A DNA stretch of 64,000 nucleotides from Acidobacteriota bacterium (GCA_963664705.1 OY761556.1:1728001-1792000), one strand, 5' to 3'; counted from the first letter of the stretch, positions 9,949-19,508 are shown. Translations and numbers: made by a program. Notes: generated by a model from the sequence alone, not told the origin.

Positions 9949-11403
9949 TCAGCACGGGAAGATCGCGCGAAATTCGCTGCCTGATCCGGGCGTGCTGGTG
10001 ATCCGCAGCCGTCCGGCAGCCCGGTCTATCAACCGTTTTACAATAGCGAGCCCGAGGCCATTTCCCTCAATCCCTCGGGTTTCGCTACGCTTTTCGCGGA
10101 AAAATTCCTCTCCAATGCGGGCAAGATTAGCCGGGTCAATCCCAATGCCTGTGTCGCGTACGGCAATTTCAACGCCCTTATTCGACCGCACCGCGCTGAT
10201 CAGGACCTTGCCGCCTGGTCGATTGTATTTCACCGCGTTACCGACCAGGTTGGTCAGGACTGTGCTCATATCTTCGGCGGAGATTGCGCAGGCAGGCAGG
10301 TCCGGAGCCAGTTCCACCTCAATGGTGACATCAGCGGCGGAGGCACGATCTTTCCACAATTCGACGACTTCTTTTAGAACCGGGGGGATTTTTGATGGCG
10401 CGGCAGGCGTCTGTACAGCGCCATCATGTTCAATGCGTGACAGGGAAAGCAAATCTGATATCAGCTCGCCCAGGCCGTCAATTCTTTCATCGGCGCGTGC
10501 GAGAAACGAGGTGTAGGGTTCGAGATCGTTTCCCAGGCTGCGATCGCGCATGACTTCGACAATGGACTTGAGGGCGGTGAGAGGTGCTCTTAATTCGTGC
10601 ACCAGTGTTCTGGTAAAGCGGGCTTTTTCTACCGCCAGACGACGTACGGCCGTTATATCCACCGCAGTCATAATTCGGCCGAGCAATCCGCCTTCATCAT
10701 CGTAGAATCCGCTCACCGTGACAAACAATCGTTTTGCCCCGGCATCGGTTTCAAATACGGCGGGAGACGGATTGACTGGATCAAACGCCGTCAGAGCCGG
10801 TGCCAGGATTCCGTTTGAAAGAACGGAGGAAACCTGAGTCCCGAGAAGCTTGTCGGAATCGACTCCAAGTATTTCCTCCATGGAGCGATTCGCTAAGGCA
10901 ATCTCACCCGCTCGGTTGACAACCAGAACGCCGTCGCGGAGGCTGGCAACCAGTGAATGGGTCTGGCTTTTCTCCGAGGCTAGTTCCTGGAGGCTTGCTG
11001 CATGGGCCTGACGCAGGCGCTCCGCTTCATCGCGAAGCTTCTTGTGTCCCAGCAGCGTGTCGACCGTGCTGAGCAGGTCATCGGGAGAAAAGGGTTTGGG
11101 CAGAAAGATATCAATGCCCTGGCGGGTAGCAAACACTGCGGTCTCGATGTTTGCGTACGCCGTGATCATGCAGATCATCGTCTGTGGCGATTTTTGCCGG
11201 ATGGACTGAAACAAGGTAAGGCCGTCAACATCCGGCAATCGATAATCGATGAACATCACATCATAGGAGGCACCTGCGACGAGTTCCTGCGCGGCACGAC
11301 CGCAATCCGCCGTATCAACATCATAGCCCTCGAGAGACAGGATCTCGCCTACGCCGGACCGAATCCCTGGTTCGTCGTCCACTACAAGGATGCGCGCGGC
11401 CAT
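9949..11403 (-). CDS. Hybrid response regulator/kinase (REC-PAS-HisKA-HATPase)
   Basis: N-terminal VVDDE/FIDYRLP/LPKPF; H-box HELRAPL; NLVGNAVKY, DTGIG, GNGLGL. Confidence 0.9.
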   Translation of the reverse strand: MAARILVVDDEPGIRSGVGEILSLEGYDVDTADCGRAAQELVAGASYDVMFIDYRLPDVDGLTLFQSIRQKSPQTMICMITAYANIETAVFATRQGIDIFLPKPFSPDDLLSTVDTLLGHKKLRDEAERLRQAHAASLQELASEKSQTHSLVASLRDGVLVVNRAGEIALANRSMEEILGVDSDKLLGTQVSSVLSNGILAPALTAFDPVNPSPAVFETDAGAKRLFVTVSGFYDDEGGLLGRIMTAVDITAVRRLAVEKARFTRTLVHELRAPLTALKSIVEVMRDRSLGNDLEPYTSFLARADERIDGLGELISDLLSLSRIEHDGAVQTPAAPSKIPPVLKEVVELWKDRASAADVTIEVELAPDLPACAISAEDMSTVLTNLVGNAVKYNRPGGKVLISAVRSNKGVEIAVRDTGIGIDPANLARIGEEFFREKRSETRGIEGNGLGLAIVKRLIDRAAGRLRITSTPGSGSEFRAIFPC

Positions 11404-11407
11404 TGTG

Positions 11408-11833
11408 TCACCTCTCCTCCGGTTTGACCGCCTGTTCGTTCAACCTGCGCTCTACGAGCATCAGGAGCCGGTGTGCACTTACCGGTTTGTCGATAAAGTC
11501 ATCCAGGTGAGACCAGCTTTTGAGCTCTTCGCGCTCACGGGTAAATCCCAGACCCGTTTCGGAGGCGACCCCCGATAGCATCACCAGAGGAATGGACTTC
11601 AGACGTTCTTCCCGGCGAATACGTCGGGCCAGGGTGAATCCCGAATCGGCATGCTCCATCATAAGATCGACGAAAATCATGTCCGGCGACTCTACGGAAA
11701 GGAGTTCCAGCGCCGCATCGGTGCCTTCAGCCGTCAATACGGTATAGCCACGGGCCTTGAAGAAGGCTGTTTGCGCCGCTAGAAAAATAGGATCGTCGTC
11801 AATGAATAAGAGCTTCGCTTTTCCTTCACTCAT
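11408..11833 (-). CDS. Stand-alone receiver (CheY-like) protein
   Basis: FIDDD, FVDLMM, IDKP; ATGA overlap with the upstream gene. Confidence 0.88.
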   Translation of the reverse strand: MSEGKAKLLFIDDDPIFLAAQTAFFKARGYTVLTAEGTDAALELLSVESPDMIFVDLMMEHADSGFTLARRIRREERLKSIPLVMLSGVASETGLGFTREREELKSWSHLDDFIDKPVSAHRLLMLVERRLNEQAVKPEER

Positions 11834-13824
11834 GGGGTCATACTCCTTGTCTGGCGCGCCTGGCTTACAGGCAGCTCGATGAAAAATGTCGCTCCTTTTT
11901 GGGGTTCAGACTCAAACCAAATGGACCCGTGATGCATCTTCACGATCCCATAGGTTATGGCCAGGCCGAGTCCGGTGCCGCGTCCAATACTTTTGGTCGT
12001 AAAAAAGGGCTGAAATACCCGGTCGTGATCTTCCGCCGGTATGCCGCATCCGTCATCTTTAACAGCCAATCGGATCCTGTCGCGACCTTCGGAATAGCTG
12101 AGTGCGATCGTGACATTGCCGCCACGCTCCCCCAGTGCCTCGATGCCATTCTGTATCAGGTTGACGAGGACTTGCACCATCTGATCGCGATCCATATCGG
12201 CTTCGATAGGTTCGGTGCATGCCGCCAGTGCCAGACGGATGTTCTTGCTCTCAAGTTGGGCGGCATTGAAAGATTTATCGATCACTTCCGCCGCCAATTC
12301 ATTCAGTCTGCAGGAGGAAAATTTCACACGGTTCTGGCGGGCAAAATCGAGGAGTCCGGAAACGATGCGCTTGCATCGTTGGGTTTCCTTTTGAACCAAA
12401 TCAATGTCTTTCGCGACCTGCGCGGAACCTCCAAGCTTCCGTTCAATAAGGCCCGAGTAGAGCAGAATGGTGCCCAGGGGATTATTGAGTTCATGCGCGA
12501 TTCCCGCCGCCAGCTGACCAAGCGACGCAAGTTTTTCAGTGCTCACCAGCTGACGATGGATTTCACGCAGGTCTCGCCATGGCACATGCAGCTCATGGCA
12601 TACCCGTTCGGCCTGGTCAATCAGGAATGGAAGGCACATGGCTTCCTCGGCAAGGCCGTTGAGAACGGCAGCGGCTTTGGCCCGGCAAGTGGGATAACCG
12701 CACGCGCCGCAGTTTAGCTCATCATCGACCGAAAATTTATTGGTGCGGGAGAGGATATTGCGAATCTGTTCTTCGCTGGGTTCCGCAAAACGGTGGTCAT
12801 CCGCGGTAAAGCTGCGGGAAAGAGCATCCGTTTTTTCAAATCCTTCGAAAGTGCGGGGCGTGCGCTGGGCATGCGCACAGATGTTGGCACGTCTGCGATG
12901 GGACGAGTCGAGGCGAGACATGCCTGGCCCTTCATGGCAGCCATGGCACATGAGCGCTTCAACGAGCCGGGGCCGGATTTCGCCTCGTTCCATGTCTGTA
13001 AGCACCTCGTCTGTTTCCCTGCGTCCCGTGGCAACAACAAAGCGGCCGTCCAGCGGGTCTGATTCCAGCCCGGCACTGATAAGAAGTCCTCCTACCAACG
13101 GGAAAGCCCGTCCGATACCGGCGCGCGGCGGATCGGGTTCAGATGGATCGAGGGATGCCGGATCAACACCGCGTTGAGCAAAGATACGCCTGGTTTCGGT
13201 GAAAGTCAGCGCTTCTTCGACAACGCGGGGCAGCAGTGGGTCCCGGGCCTCGATTTTCTTGGCTATACATGGACCGATAAAGACGCAATGGACGTCGCTG
13301 CCGTACATTTCAAGTACTTCGTGGGCGACAGCGATCATAGGAGAAACAACCGGAGCCAGGTGTGGAACCAGTTCCGGGTGGTATTTTCGTATGCGTTCGA
13401 CAATAGCCGGGCAGGCCGTAGCAATCCACGATCCATCCGGGTTGTCGCGCAGAAGCTCGGAATACGCAGCTGCTACCCGATCCGCGCCACGAGCTACCTC
13501 CACCACATATTGAAAGCCTGCAGCACGCAATGCCGCAATCACGCGCTCCGGCGCCACTTCAGAAAATTCCGCTGCATAGGAAGGGGCCAGCAGGGCTGCC
13601 ACACGTGACCCGCCATCAATCAGACCGAGGGTATATTCGACTCCGGATACACATGTCTTGGCATTTTGAGAACACACAGTTGTGCAACGGCCGCAGGCAA
13701 TACACCGCTCTGTGACGACCGAAGCCTGCCCATCAACGATTCGGATCGCCTTGACCGGACAGGAACGTACGCACGTATAGCATCGTCGGCAGTTCTGTTT
13801 GATGGTCTCAATTGCGGCGAACAT
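11830..13824 (-). CDS. Sensory (group C-type) [FeFe]-hydrogenase-like domain fused to a histidine kinase
   Basis: Two ferredoxin motifs (CRRCYTC..CP, CIACGRC..C); divergent H-cluster motifs TACPA, GPCIAKKIE, EALMCHGCHEGP; extra FeS motif CGACGYPTC..C; AHELNNPL H-box; PFFTTK..GTGLGL. Confidence 0.88.
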   Translation of the reverse strand: MFAAIETIKQNCRRCYTCVRSCPVKAIRIVDGQASVVTERCIACGRCTTVCSQNAKTCVSGVEYTLGLIDGGSRVAALLAPSYAAEFSEVAPERVIAALRAAGFQYVVEVARGADRVAAAYSELLRDNPDGSWIATACPAIVERIRKYHPELVPHLAPVVSPMIAVAHEVLEMYGSDVHCVFIGPCIAKKIEARDPLLPRVVEEALTFTETRRIFAQRGVDPASLDPSEPDPPRAGIGRAFPLVGGLLISAGLESDPLDGRFVVATGRRETDEVLTDMERGEIRPRLVEALMCHGCHEGPGMSRLDSSHRRRANICAHAQRTPRTFEGFEKTDALSRSFTADDHRFAEPSEEQIRNILSRTNKFSVDDELNCGACGYPTCRAKAAAVLNGLAEEAMCLPFLIDQAERVCHELHVPWRDLREIHRQLVSTEKLASLGQLAAGIAHELNNPLGTILLYSGLIERKLGGSAQVAKDIDLVQKETQRCKRIVSGLLDFARQNRVKFSSCRLNELAAEVIDKSFNAAQLESKNIRLALAACTEPIEADMDRDQMVQVLVNLIQNGIEALGERGGNVTIALSYSEGRDRIRLAVKDDGCGIPAEDHDRVFQPFFTTKSIGRGTGLGLAITYGIVKMHHGSIWFESEPQKGATFFIELPVSQARQTRSMTP

Positions 13825-13850
13825 GTTTCCGTTCCTTTCCCTGCGGTGGT

Positions 13851-15545
13851 TTACTGATCATCGCGACCGGTGTAATGCCTGTGAAGAAGCTCGTGACTCT
13901 CCGGGCTTCCCGGCTTGCCCAGCACATTTTCATATAATCGACGCACGGCGGCATTTTCATGCGCGGTATGCAGCTTCGCGCGCTTGTCGGCGTCGTGGAT
14001 CTTGGCACGTCTTGCCTGGAGTGCCCCTTCGGAAATGCTGCGGGGCTGCCCGCCGCCACCGATGCAGCCACCGGCGCAGCTCATGACTTCAATAAAGTCC
14101 AGGGACATTTTGCCGGCCTCAATCTGATCGAGCAGGGCGCGGGCCGCACCGAGTCCGCTGACAACGCCGCAGTGCAATTGGCGGCCGGCAAGGGTTACGG
14201 AAAAGGTTCGGATCCGTTCATCACTTCTCAGCGGCGCCACAACGGTTGGGCCGAAAGAGCTGGATTCGCCCAGTAGGTGCGCCGCGGTTCTGAGTGCTGC
14301 CTCCAGCACACCTCCGCTTCCTCCGAAAAGACGGCCTGCGCCGCTGGCCTCAGCAAAAGGCTCATCGAGTTTCGAGCGAACGGCGGAGTCTGCCGACAGG
14401 TTTACTCCAAAATTATCCAGCAGCCGCATCAGTTCCCGTGTGGTGATGACTGCATCGATATCCCCGACCTCAAAGGCCTCATGTTTTTTTGCGGTGCAGG
14501 GCATGATGGATACCGAAAAGATATGTCGACCGTCGCTATTCCCGCGCTTCTTGATAAGCGCGGCGGCCATCTGCTGCGGCGACTTGCAGGTGGACAGATT
14601 CGGAATAAACTGCGGTTTGTGAAGCTCGACAAACCGGACCCACGCGGGAGAACAGCTGGTAAACATCGGAAGCGGGCCGCTGTGACCCAGTCGCTCGACC
14701 AGCTCGTGCGCCTCTTCCATTACCGTCAGATCTGCTGCAAATGAAGTATCGTATATTGCATCGAAACCTATTTGCCGCAATGCTCCGGCAATCAGCAATA
14801 AGGCATCGGTTGCGTTGCGAATCCCGAGTTCAACGGCGATTGTGGCCGGAACCGCGGGGGCGATTTGCGCCACGACCGAAACCTGCGGATTGCCCAAGGC
14901 TTCCGCTACCTGGGATATCGCGCTTTTTTCACGCAAGGCACCGGTGGGGCATACCCGAACGCATTGGCCGCAGAAAACGCAGTCGGATACGTCCAGACCG
15001 GCATCATTACCCGGTTTGATATAGGTCCCGAAGCCCCGGCCGGCGTAGTCGATGGCTCCCACGCCCTGTTCCGAATGGCAAACCGTGACGCATCGTCCAC
15101 AGAGAATGCACTTATTCGGATCCCTGACAATGGCAGGAGAAGAAACGTCCACCGGATGTCCCTTGGGACCGCCGGGGAAACGATTACCGCGCACATCCAT
15201 GCTGGTAGCCAGCCGCGAAAGCTCGCAATCGCCTGCCCGTTCGCAGTAGAGGCAGTCATCGGGATGGCTGGCAAGTAACAGCTCAACAATATTTCGTCGG
15301 ACTCTCTGAACACGAGGCGAATGGGTCAGAACAGAAATGCCCTCACGTACGGCCATAGTGCAGCTTGTCTGAAGCCTGGACTCCCCTTCTATCTCAACCA
15401 GGCACACTCGGCACGAAGCATGCGGTACCGGAGCCATGTCCATCGCGCAGAGATGAGGGATGTGGATGCCAGCATGGGATGCGGCTGACAGAACCGTATC
15501 GCCATTTTTACATTCTATCGATCTTCCGTTAATTGTGATGTTCAC
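13851..15545 (-). CDS. hydA: [FeFe]-hydrogenase catalytic subunit (trimeric group A3)
   Basis: [2Fe-2S] domain, HxxxCxxC cluster, 2x[4Fe-4S]; P1 FTSCSPAW, P2 MPCTAKKHE, P3 EVMSCAGGCIGGGGQP; GTG start at 15545 with GGAGG, overlapping the hydB TGA. Confidence 0.93.
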   Translation of the reverse strand: MNITINGRSIECKNGDTVLSAASHAGIHIPHLCAMDMAPVPHASCRVCLVEIEGESRLQTSCTMAVREGISVLTHSPRVQRVRRNIVELLLASHPDDCLYCERAGDCELSRLATSMDVRGNRFPGGPKGHPVDVSSPAIVRDPNKCILCGRCVTVCHSEQGVGAIDYAGRGFGTYIKPGNDAGLDVSDCVFCGQCVRVCPTGALREKSAISQVAEALGNPQVSVVAQIAPAVPATIAVELGIRNATDALLLIAGALRQIGFDAIYDTSFAADLTVMEEAHELVERLGHSGPLPMFTSCSPAWVRFVELHKPQFIPNLSTCKSPQQMAAALIKKRGNSDGRHIFSVSIMPCTAKKHEAFEVGDIDAVITTRELMRLLDNFGVNLSADSAVRSKLDEPFAEASGAGRLFGGSGGVLEAALRTAAHLLGESSSFGPTVVAPLRSDERIRTFSVTLAGRQLHCGVVSGLGAARALLDQIEAGKMSLDFIEVMSCAGGCIGGGGQPRSISEGALQARRAKIHDADKRAKLHTAHENAAVRRLYENVLGKPGSPESHELLHRHYTGRDDQ

Positions 15546-17551
15546 AGACTTACCTCCTGCCACAGTGCGACTCCAATTGCATCCTTGGGACAAGCCGAGA
15601 CACAGGCTCCGCAGCCGATACAGCGATCTTCAATAACGTAATGCGCCTGCTTGCGTTCTCCGACAATTGCATTCTGGGGGCAGGCTTTACGGCAGATCCC
15701 GCAGCCGATGCAAAGGGCGTTGTCGACGGTGAAGGTGCGCAGTCCCTGACAGACTCCCGCCGGACAACGCTGCTCATGCAGATGTGCTTCATACTCATTA
15801 CGGAAGTATCGCAAGGTGGACAGAATCGGATTGGCTGCCGTCTGTCCCAGCCCGCATAGAGATCCTTCGCGAATGGTTTCGGCAAGCTCCTCGGCAGCAA
15901 GAAGTCCGCGAAAGCGGGATAATCGCTTCGCTTCGTCATTGGCCGGTTTTTCGCACAGTGATACCAGGATCTCGTACAGTCTCGTTGTTCCTTCACGGCA
16001 GGGTGTGCATTTTCCGCAGGATTCGGAGCGGATGAATTCCATGAAGTATTTGGCAACATCAACCATACAGGAGCGTTCATCCATGACCACCAGACCGCCG
16101 GAACCCATAATGGCCCCGCGTTCCTGAAGCGCGCGATAATCCACGGCTACATCCAGTTCATCGGCCGGCAAGCATCCACCACTGGGCCCTCCGATTTGAA
16201 CGGCTTTCAAGCGGTGGCCGGGAATAGCGCCGCCGCCGATATCCTCTACCAGCTCTCGCAGCGAAAGGCCAATCGGGACTTCGACCAGGCCCGTATTCCG
16301 AACGGCGCCGGAGAGTGCAAAGACCTTGGTGCCCGAATCGCCTTTGCCTATGCCCGCAAACCACTCGGCGCCATGATCGAGAATGCACGGCACATTGGCA
16401 AGGGTCTCTACATTATTCAGAACCGTTGGTTTTCCATATAAACCGCGTTCGGCAGGGTAGGGCGGCCTCGGCCTTGGCATACCTCTGCGTCCTTCGATGC
16501 TGGCGATGATTGCTGTTTCTTCTCCGCATACAAACGCACCGGCTCCCTGTTTGATTCGGACGTCGAAAGAGAACTGGCTGTCCAGTATGTTTTCGCCCAA
16601 CAAACCCGCTTCACGAAGACGGGCAATTGAGGTTTCAAGCCGCTCAATGGCCAGCGGATATTCCGCGCGGCAGTAAATGTAGCCGTGGCGCGCTCCGATG
16701 GCATAGGCGGCGATGGACAGCCCTTCCAGAACGCGGTAGGGGTCCCCCTCGAGCACCGCGCGATCCATGAATGCTCCCGGATCTCCTTCATCCGCATTGC
16801 AGATGACGTATTTGTCCGCGCTCACCTGATCATGCGCAATGCGCCATTTGCGGCCTGTAAGGAACCCCGCACCGCCTCGTCCACGCAGGCCTGACGCGAT
16901 CATCTGATCGCAGACCTCCGCCGGTGTCATGGAGGAGAGCGCGCGGCTCAAGCCGCGGAAAGCACCGCGGGAAAGTGCCCCGTCCAGAGAGATGGGATCA
17001 ATGATTCCGCAATTCTCCAGAACCACCTTCTTTTGACGGGCAAAAAACGGGATGGCATTGATGTCCGGTAATTCGGACAGGGGGCCGGTAGCGGCATCAT
17101 GGCGGGCGATCGTCAACGCATTCTCCAGTTCGCCACGAAGCAGGACGCCGGAGAGTAGAGACTCGACATTGCTTTTGGTGACGCCGGCATAGGAGATTCG
17201 GGGTTGGCCGGGAAGCGCAATATCGATAAACACCTCTTTCTGGCAATATCCAATGCAGCCTACATCGATGATGGATGCGCTGATCCGGTTTTCTGCCAGG
17301 AAGGCCTCAATTCTTTTCCGGATGGCAGCCGCGCCATTCGCCAGACCACAAGTGCCCAGTCCTACAAAAATGAGAATTCCATTCCCGCCTCTGCGCGCAC
17401 GAACCAATCGGTCTGCCTTCAATTGGCGACATGGATCATTTTCGTGGCAGAGCGGCCCGCTCTCAAGGCACTGGATGGCCTGAACGCATGGAGTGGCGGC
17501 CGTATGCCGGCACGAACTGCAGCAGGGTGTTAATAGTTCGACGTTTGTCAT
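15542..17551 (-). CDS. hydB: NuoF-like FMN/NADH-binding subunit of the [FeFe]-hydrogenase
   Basis: GRGGAGF, NADEGDPGAFMDR, GAFVCGEET, GGPSG, ESCGKCTPCREG; N-terminal thioredoxin-like [2Fe-2S]; C-terminal 2x[4Fe-4S]. Confidence 0.93.
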   Translation of the reverse strand: MTNVELLTPCCSSCRHTAATPCVQAIQCLESGPLCHENDPCRQLKADRLVRARRGGNGILIFVGLGTCGLANGAAAIRKRIEAFLAENRISASIIDVGCIGYCQKEVFIDIALPGQPRISYAGVTKSNVESLLSGVLLRGELENALTIARHDAATGPLSELPDINAIPFFARQKKVVLENCGIIDPISLDGALSRGAFRGLSRALSSMTPAEVCDQMIASGLRGRGGAGFLTGRKWRIAHDQVSADKYVICNADEGDPGAFMDRAVLEGDPYRVLEGLSIAAYAIGARHGYIYCRAEYPLAIERLETSIARLREAGLLGENILDSQFSFDVRIKQGAGAFVCGEETAIIASIEGRRGMPRPRPPYPAERGLYGKPTVLNNVETLANVPCILDHGAEWFAGIGKGDSGTKVFALSGAVRNTGLVEVPIGLSLRELVEDIGGGAIPGHRLKAVQIGGPSGGCLPADELDVAVDYRALQERGAIMGSGGLVVMDERSCMVDVAKYFMEFIRSESCGKCTPCREGTTRLYEILVSLCEKPANDEAKRLSRFRGLLAAEELAETIREGSLCGLGQTAANPILSTLRYFRNEYEAHLHEQRCPAGVCQGLRTFTVDNALCIGCGICRKACPQNAIVGERKQAHYVIEDRCIGCGACVSACPKDAIGVALWQEVSL

Positions 17552-18006
17552 GGCAGCCTCGCAAGGTCATCAAGGATCGCATCCAGTTTGTTGTCATCCA
17601 TGTTGCCGTGAAACTCCCCGTTGATGCGAACCACGGAGGCAATGGAGCAGGCACCAAGGCAGGCGGGTGTCAGCAGCGAAAATTTTCCATCGCGCGAATT
17701 GCCGTCTTTTTGCAGTTTCAGCCTTCGCCTCAGATGATCACACAGGAGGCCGCTGCCGCGGACATGGCAGGCCGTGCCGCGGCAGACTTCAATAACATTC
17801 TCGCCAAGCGGAATAAGGCGAAACTGGTTGTAAAAAGTCGCGACGCCGTAAACGGTGCTGCGCGGAATCCTCAGCGCCCGTGAGATACCGGCAATGGCTT
17901 GACCGGTAACATATCCATACTCCTTCTGGGTCGCCTGCAGCAGCGGGATGAGACTGGCAGGCGTCAATTCTCCCTGGGCGTCAATCAGTTCGGCTATGGT
18001 CAACAT
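17548..18006 (-). CDS. hydC: NuoE-like [2Fe-2S] subunit of the [FeFe]-hydrogenase
   Basis: VATFYNQF, CRGTAC, CLGAC; ATGA overlap with hydB. Confidence 0.92.
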   Translation of the reverse strand: MLTIAELIDAQGELTPASLIPLLQATQKEYGYVTGQAIAGISRALRIPRSTVYGVATFYNQFRLIPLGENVIEVCRGTACHVRGSGLLCDHLRRRLKLQKDGNSRDGKFSLLTPACLGACSIASVVRINGEFHGNMDDNKLDAILDDLARLP

Positions 18007-18031
18007 GATCTTCTCCTGTCGAAAACGTGCA

Positions 18032-18424
18032 TCAGGCCAGAACGCGATCTACCGCTTCATGAATGCGAGCGAGAGATGCGGGCTTTTTGATTTCTTCCAC
18101 TGCCGGCCAGTCATTGCCCATAACAAACTCAAAGGATGATGCCTTTTTATTCAGGTGATCCATGAACCCTGACATGATAATTATCGGGATCTTCCTGTAT
18201 TCCTCTTTAGCCTTAAGCGAGTAGGCCAGATTGAATCCGTCCGCATCCGTATCCATCATGATGTCGAGGATGATCAGATCAGGGCGGGCATTCTGTATGG
18301 CCTTCATCCCTTCCGAGCCACTGTGGGCGATCTGGATGCCATACCCGCGAGCTTCAAAATATGCCTTCAGTGAATTCGTCAAATCTCTGTCATCGTCTAC
18401 AACCAGAATGTTTTTCGTTGCCAT
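18032..18424 (-). CDS. Stand-alone receiver (CheY-like) protein
   Basis: VVDDD, ILDIMM, KKP; AGGAG RBS. Confidence 0.88.
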   Translation of the reverse strand: MATKNILVVDDDRDLTNSLKAYFEARGYGIQIAHSGSEGMKAIQNARPDLIILDIMMDTDADGFNLAYSLKAKEEYRKIPIIIMSGFMDHLNKKASSFEFVMGNDWPAVEEIKKPASLARIHEAVDRVLA

Positions 18425-18447
18425 AATCCATCTCCTTGATCAAAGTT

Positions 18448-18465
18448 GTGTTACGTTAATCACAA
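18448..18465. promoter_or_regulatory. Candidate Rex operator
   Basis: Minus strand TTGTGAT-TAAC-GTAACAC resembles TTGTGAA-N4-TTCACAA. Confidence 0.55.
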
Positions 18466-18488
18466 GGCACTGTTAGTTACATTGTTCA

Positions 18489-18506
18489 CTGTGTAAATAA
18501 ACACAA
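18489..18506. promoter_or_regulatory. Candidate Rex operator
   Basis: CTGTGTA-AATA-AACACAA; TGTG-N8(AT)-CACA core. Confidence 0.65.
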
Positions 18507-18523
18507 TGCAGTTCAAAAAATTT

Positions 18524-19249
18524 TTACTGTGCTACATTAGAATTTGAAAATCTGGATACAGGTTCGATGCCGCCTTCGCCACGGTTTTTAGCCAAAAAGG
18601 ATAACTTCTCCAGTTTTGCCGAAATATCTTCCATTTCGAGATGCACCCCTGGAGGCAAATCGATAATAGCGGGTACAAAGCTAAGAAACGATTTAACCCC
18701 TGCTTCTGCAAGCAGATGAACAATGCTTTGAAGCCCGTCCGGCTGGCACGCCAGAATAGCGATCTCAACAGGCCTTTCGCTGAGCACCGCCTTGGCATTA
18801 TTGATATCAAAGCATCGTCTTCCGGCAATTACCCTGCTGATTTTCGACGGGTCATTGTCGAAAACGATATCCACGGAAAAGCCCCGCTCGATAAACCCAC
18901 GGTAAGAGAGGAGCGTTCGGCCAAGATTTCCTGCGCCAACGAGCGCTACCGACTGGACTTTAGTCGTGCCCAGAAGTTCCGAAAGGGTAGTGATCAGAAG
19001 TTGAACATTGTATCCGCGGGAGATATTGCCGAAGGAACCGAAAGCGGAGAGATCACGCCGAAGCTGTGCTGGAGTAACATCAACGTATTCAGCAAGTTCA
19101 TGGGAATATACATATTGAATTCCCTTGCCGTGGAGATCTTCAAGCACGCGCCGGTAGGTCGAAAGCCTTTCGATCGTCTGCAGGGCGACTCGCTTGCCGG
19201 CGAACTGTACGGATTGGGTTCGTTCAAGCTGTCTTTGTATCGACCTCAT
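18524..19249 (-). CDS. rex: Redox-sensing transcriptional repressor Rex
   Basis: TIERLSTYRR, SHELA, PAQLRRDLS.FG..G...GY winged helix; VGAGNLG Rossmann motif. Confidence 0.92.
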   Translation of the reverse strand: MRSIQRQLERTQSVQFAGKRVALQTIERLSTYRRVLEDLHGKGIQYVYSHELAEYVDVTPAQLRRDLSAFGSFGNISRGYNVQLLITTLSELLGTTKVQSVALVGAGNLGRTLLSYRGFIERGFSVDIVFDNDPSKISRVIAGRRCFDINNAKAVLSERPVEIAILACQPDGLQSIVHLLAEAGVKSFLSFVPAIIDLPPGVHLEMEDISAKLEKLSFLAKNRGEGGIEPVSRFSNSNVAQ

Positions 19250-19273
19250 ATTTCCTTCCTCGTTACGATTGAT

Positions 19274-19302
19274 ATTGTGTACTCATACACAATGCATGTC
19301 AA
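19274..19302 (-). promoter_or_regulatory. rex promoter (-35 TTGACA, 17-nt spacer, -10 CACAAT) overlapped by a perfect Rex-like operator at 19275-19292
   Basis: TTGTGTA-CTCA-TACACAA palindrome; TTGACA on the minus strand at 19297-19302. Confidence 0.75.
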
Positions 19303-19508
19303 GCCCAAAGTGGATTTATTTTAAGAAAAGTGCAATTTGAAGAAGTTTGGGGGAGGTATTTATCCATGATGAACTCGGTGCCCGAGATCCTTAGACGAGT
19401 ATTGGCATCCCGCTTTCAATCGGCCTGGCATAGCCGTCTTCTATAGAAAAGTGCGCTACCGGCATAATTTCCACCCCTTCGTGGAAAGGCGGGTTAATAT
19501 CTGGTCCC

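Noticed and set aside
5899-18006. Absence of hypA-F and hydEFG maturases
   Set aside because: These genes are often encoded elsewhere; this cannot be judged from one window.
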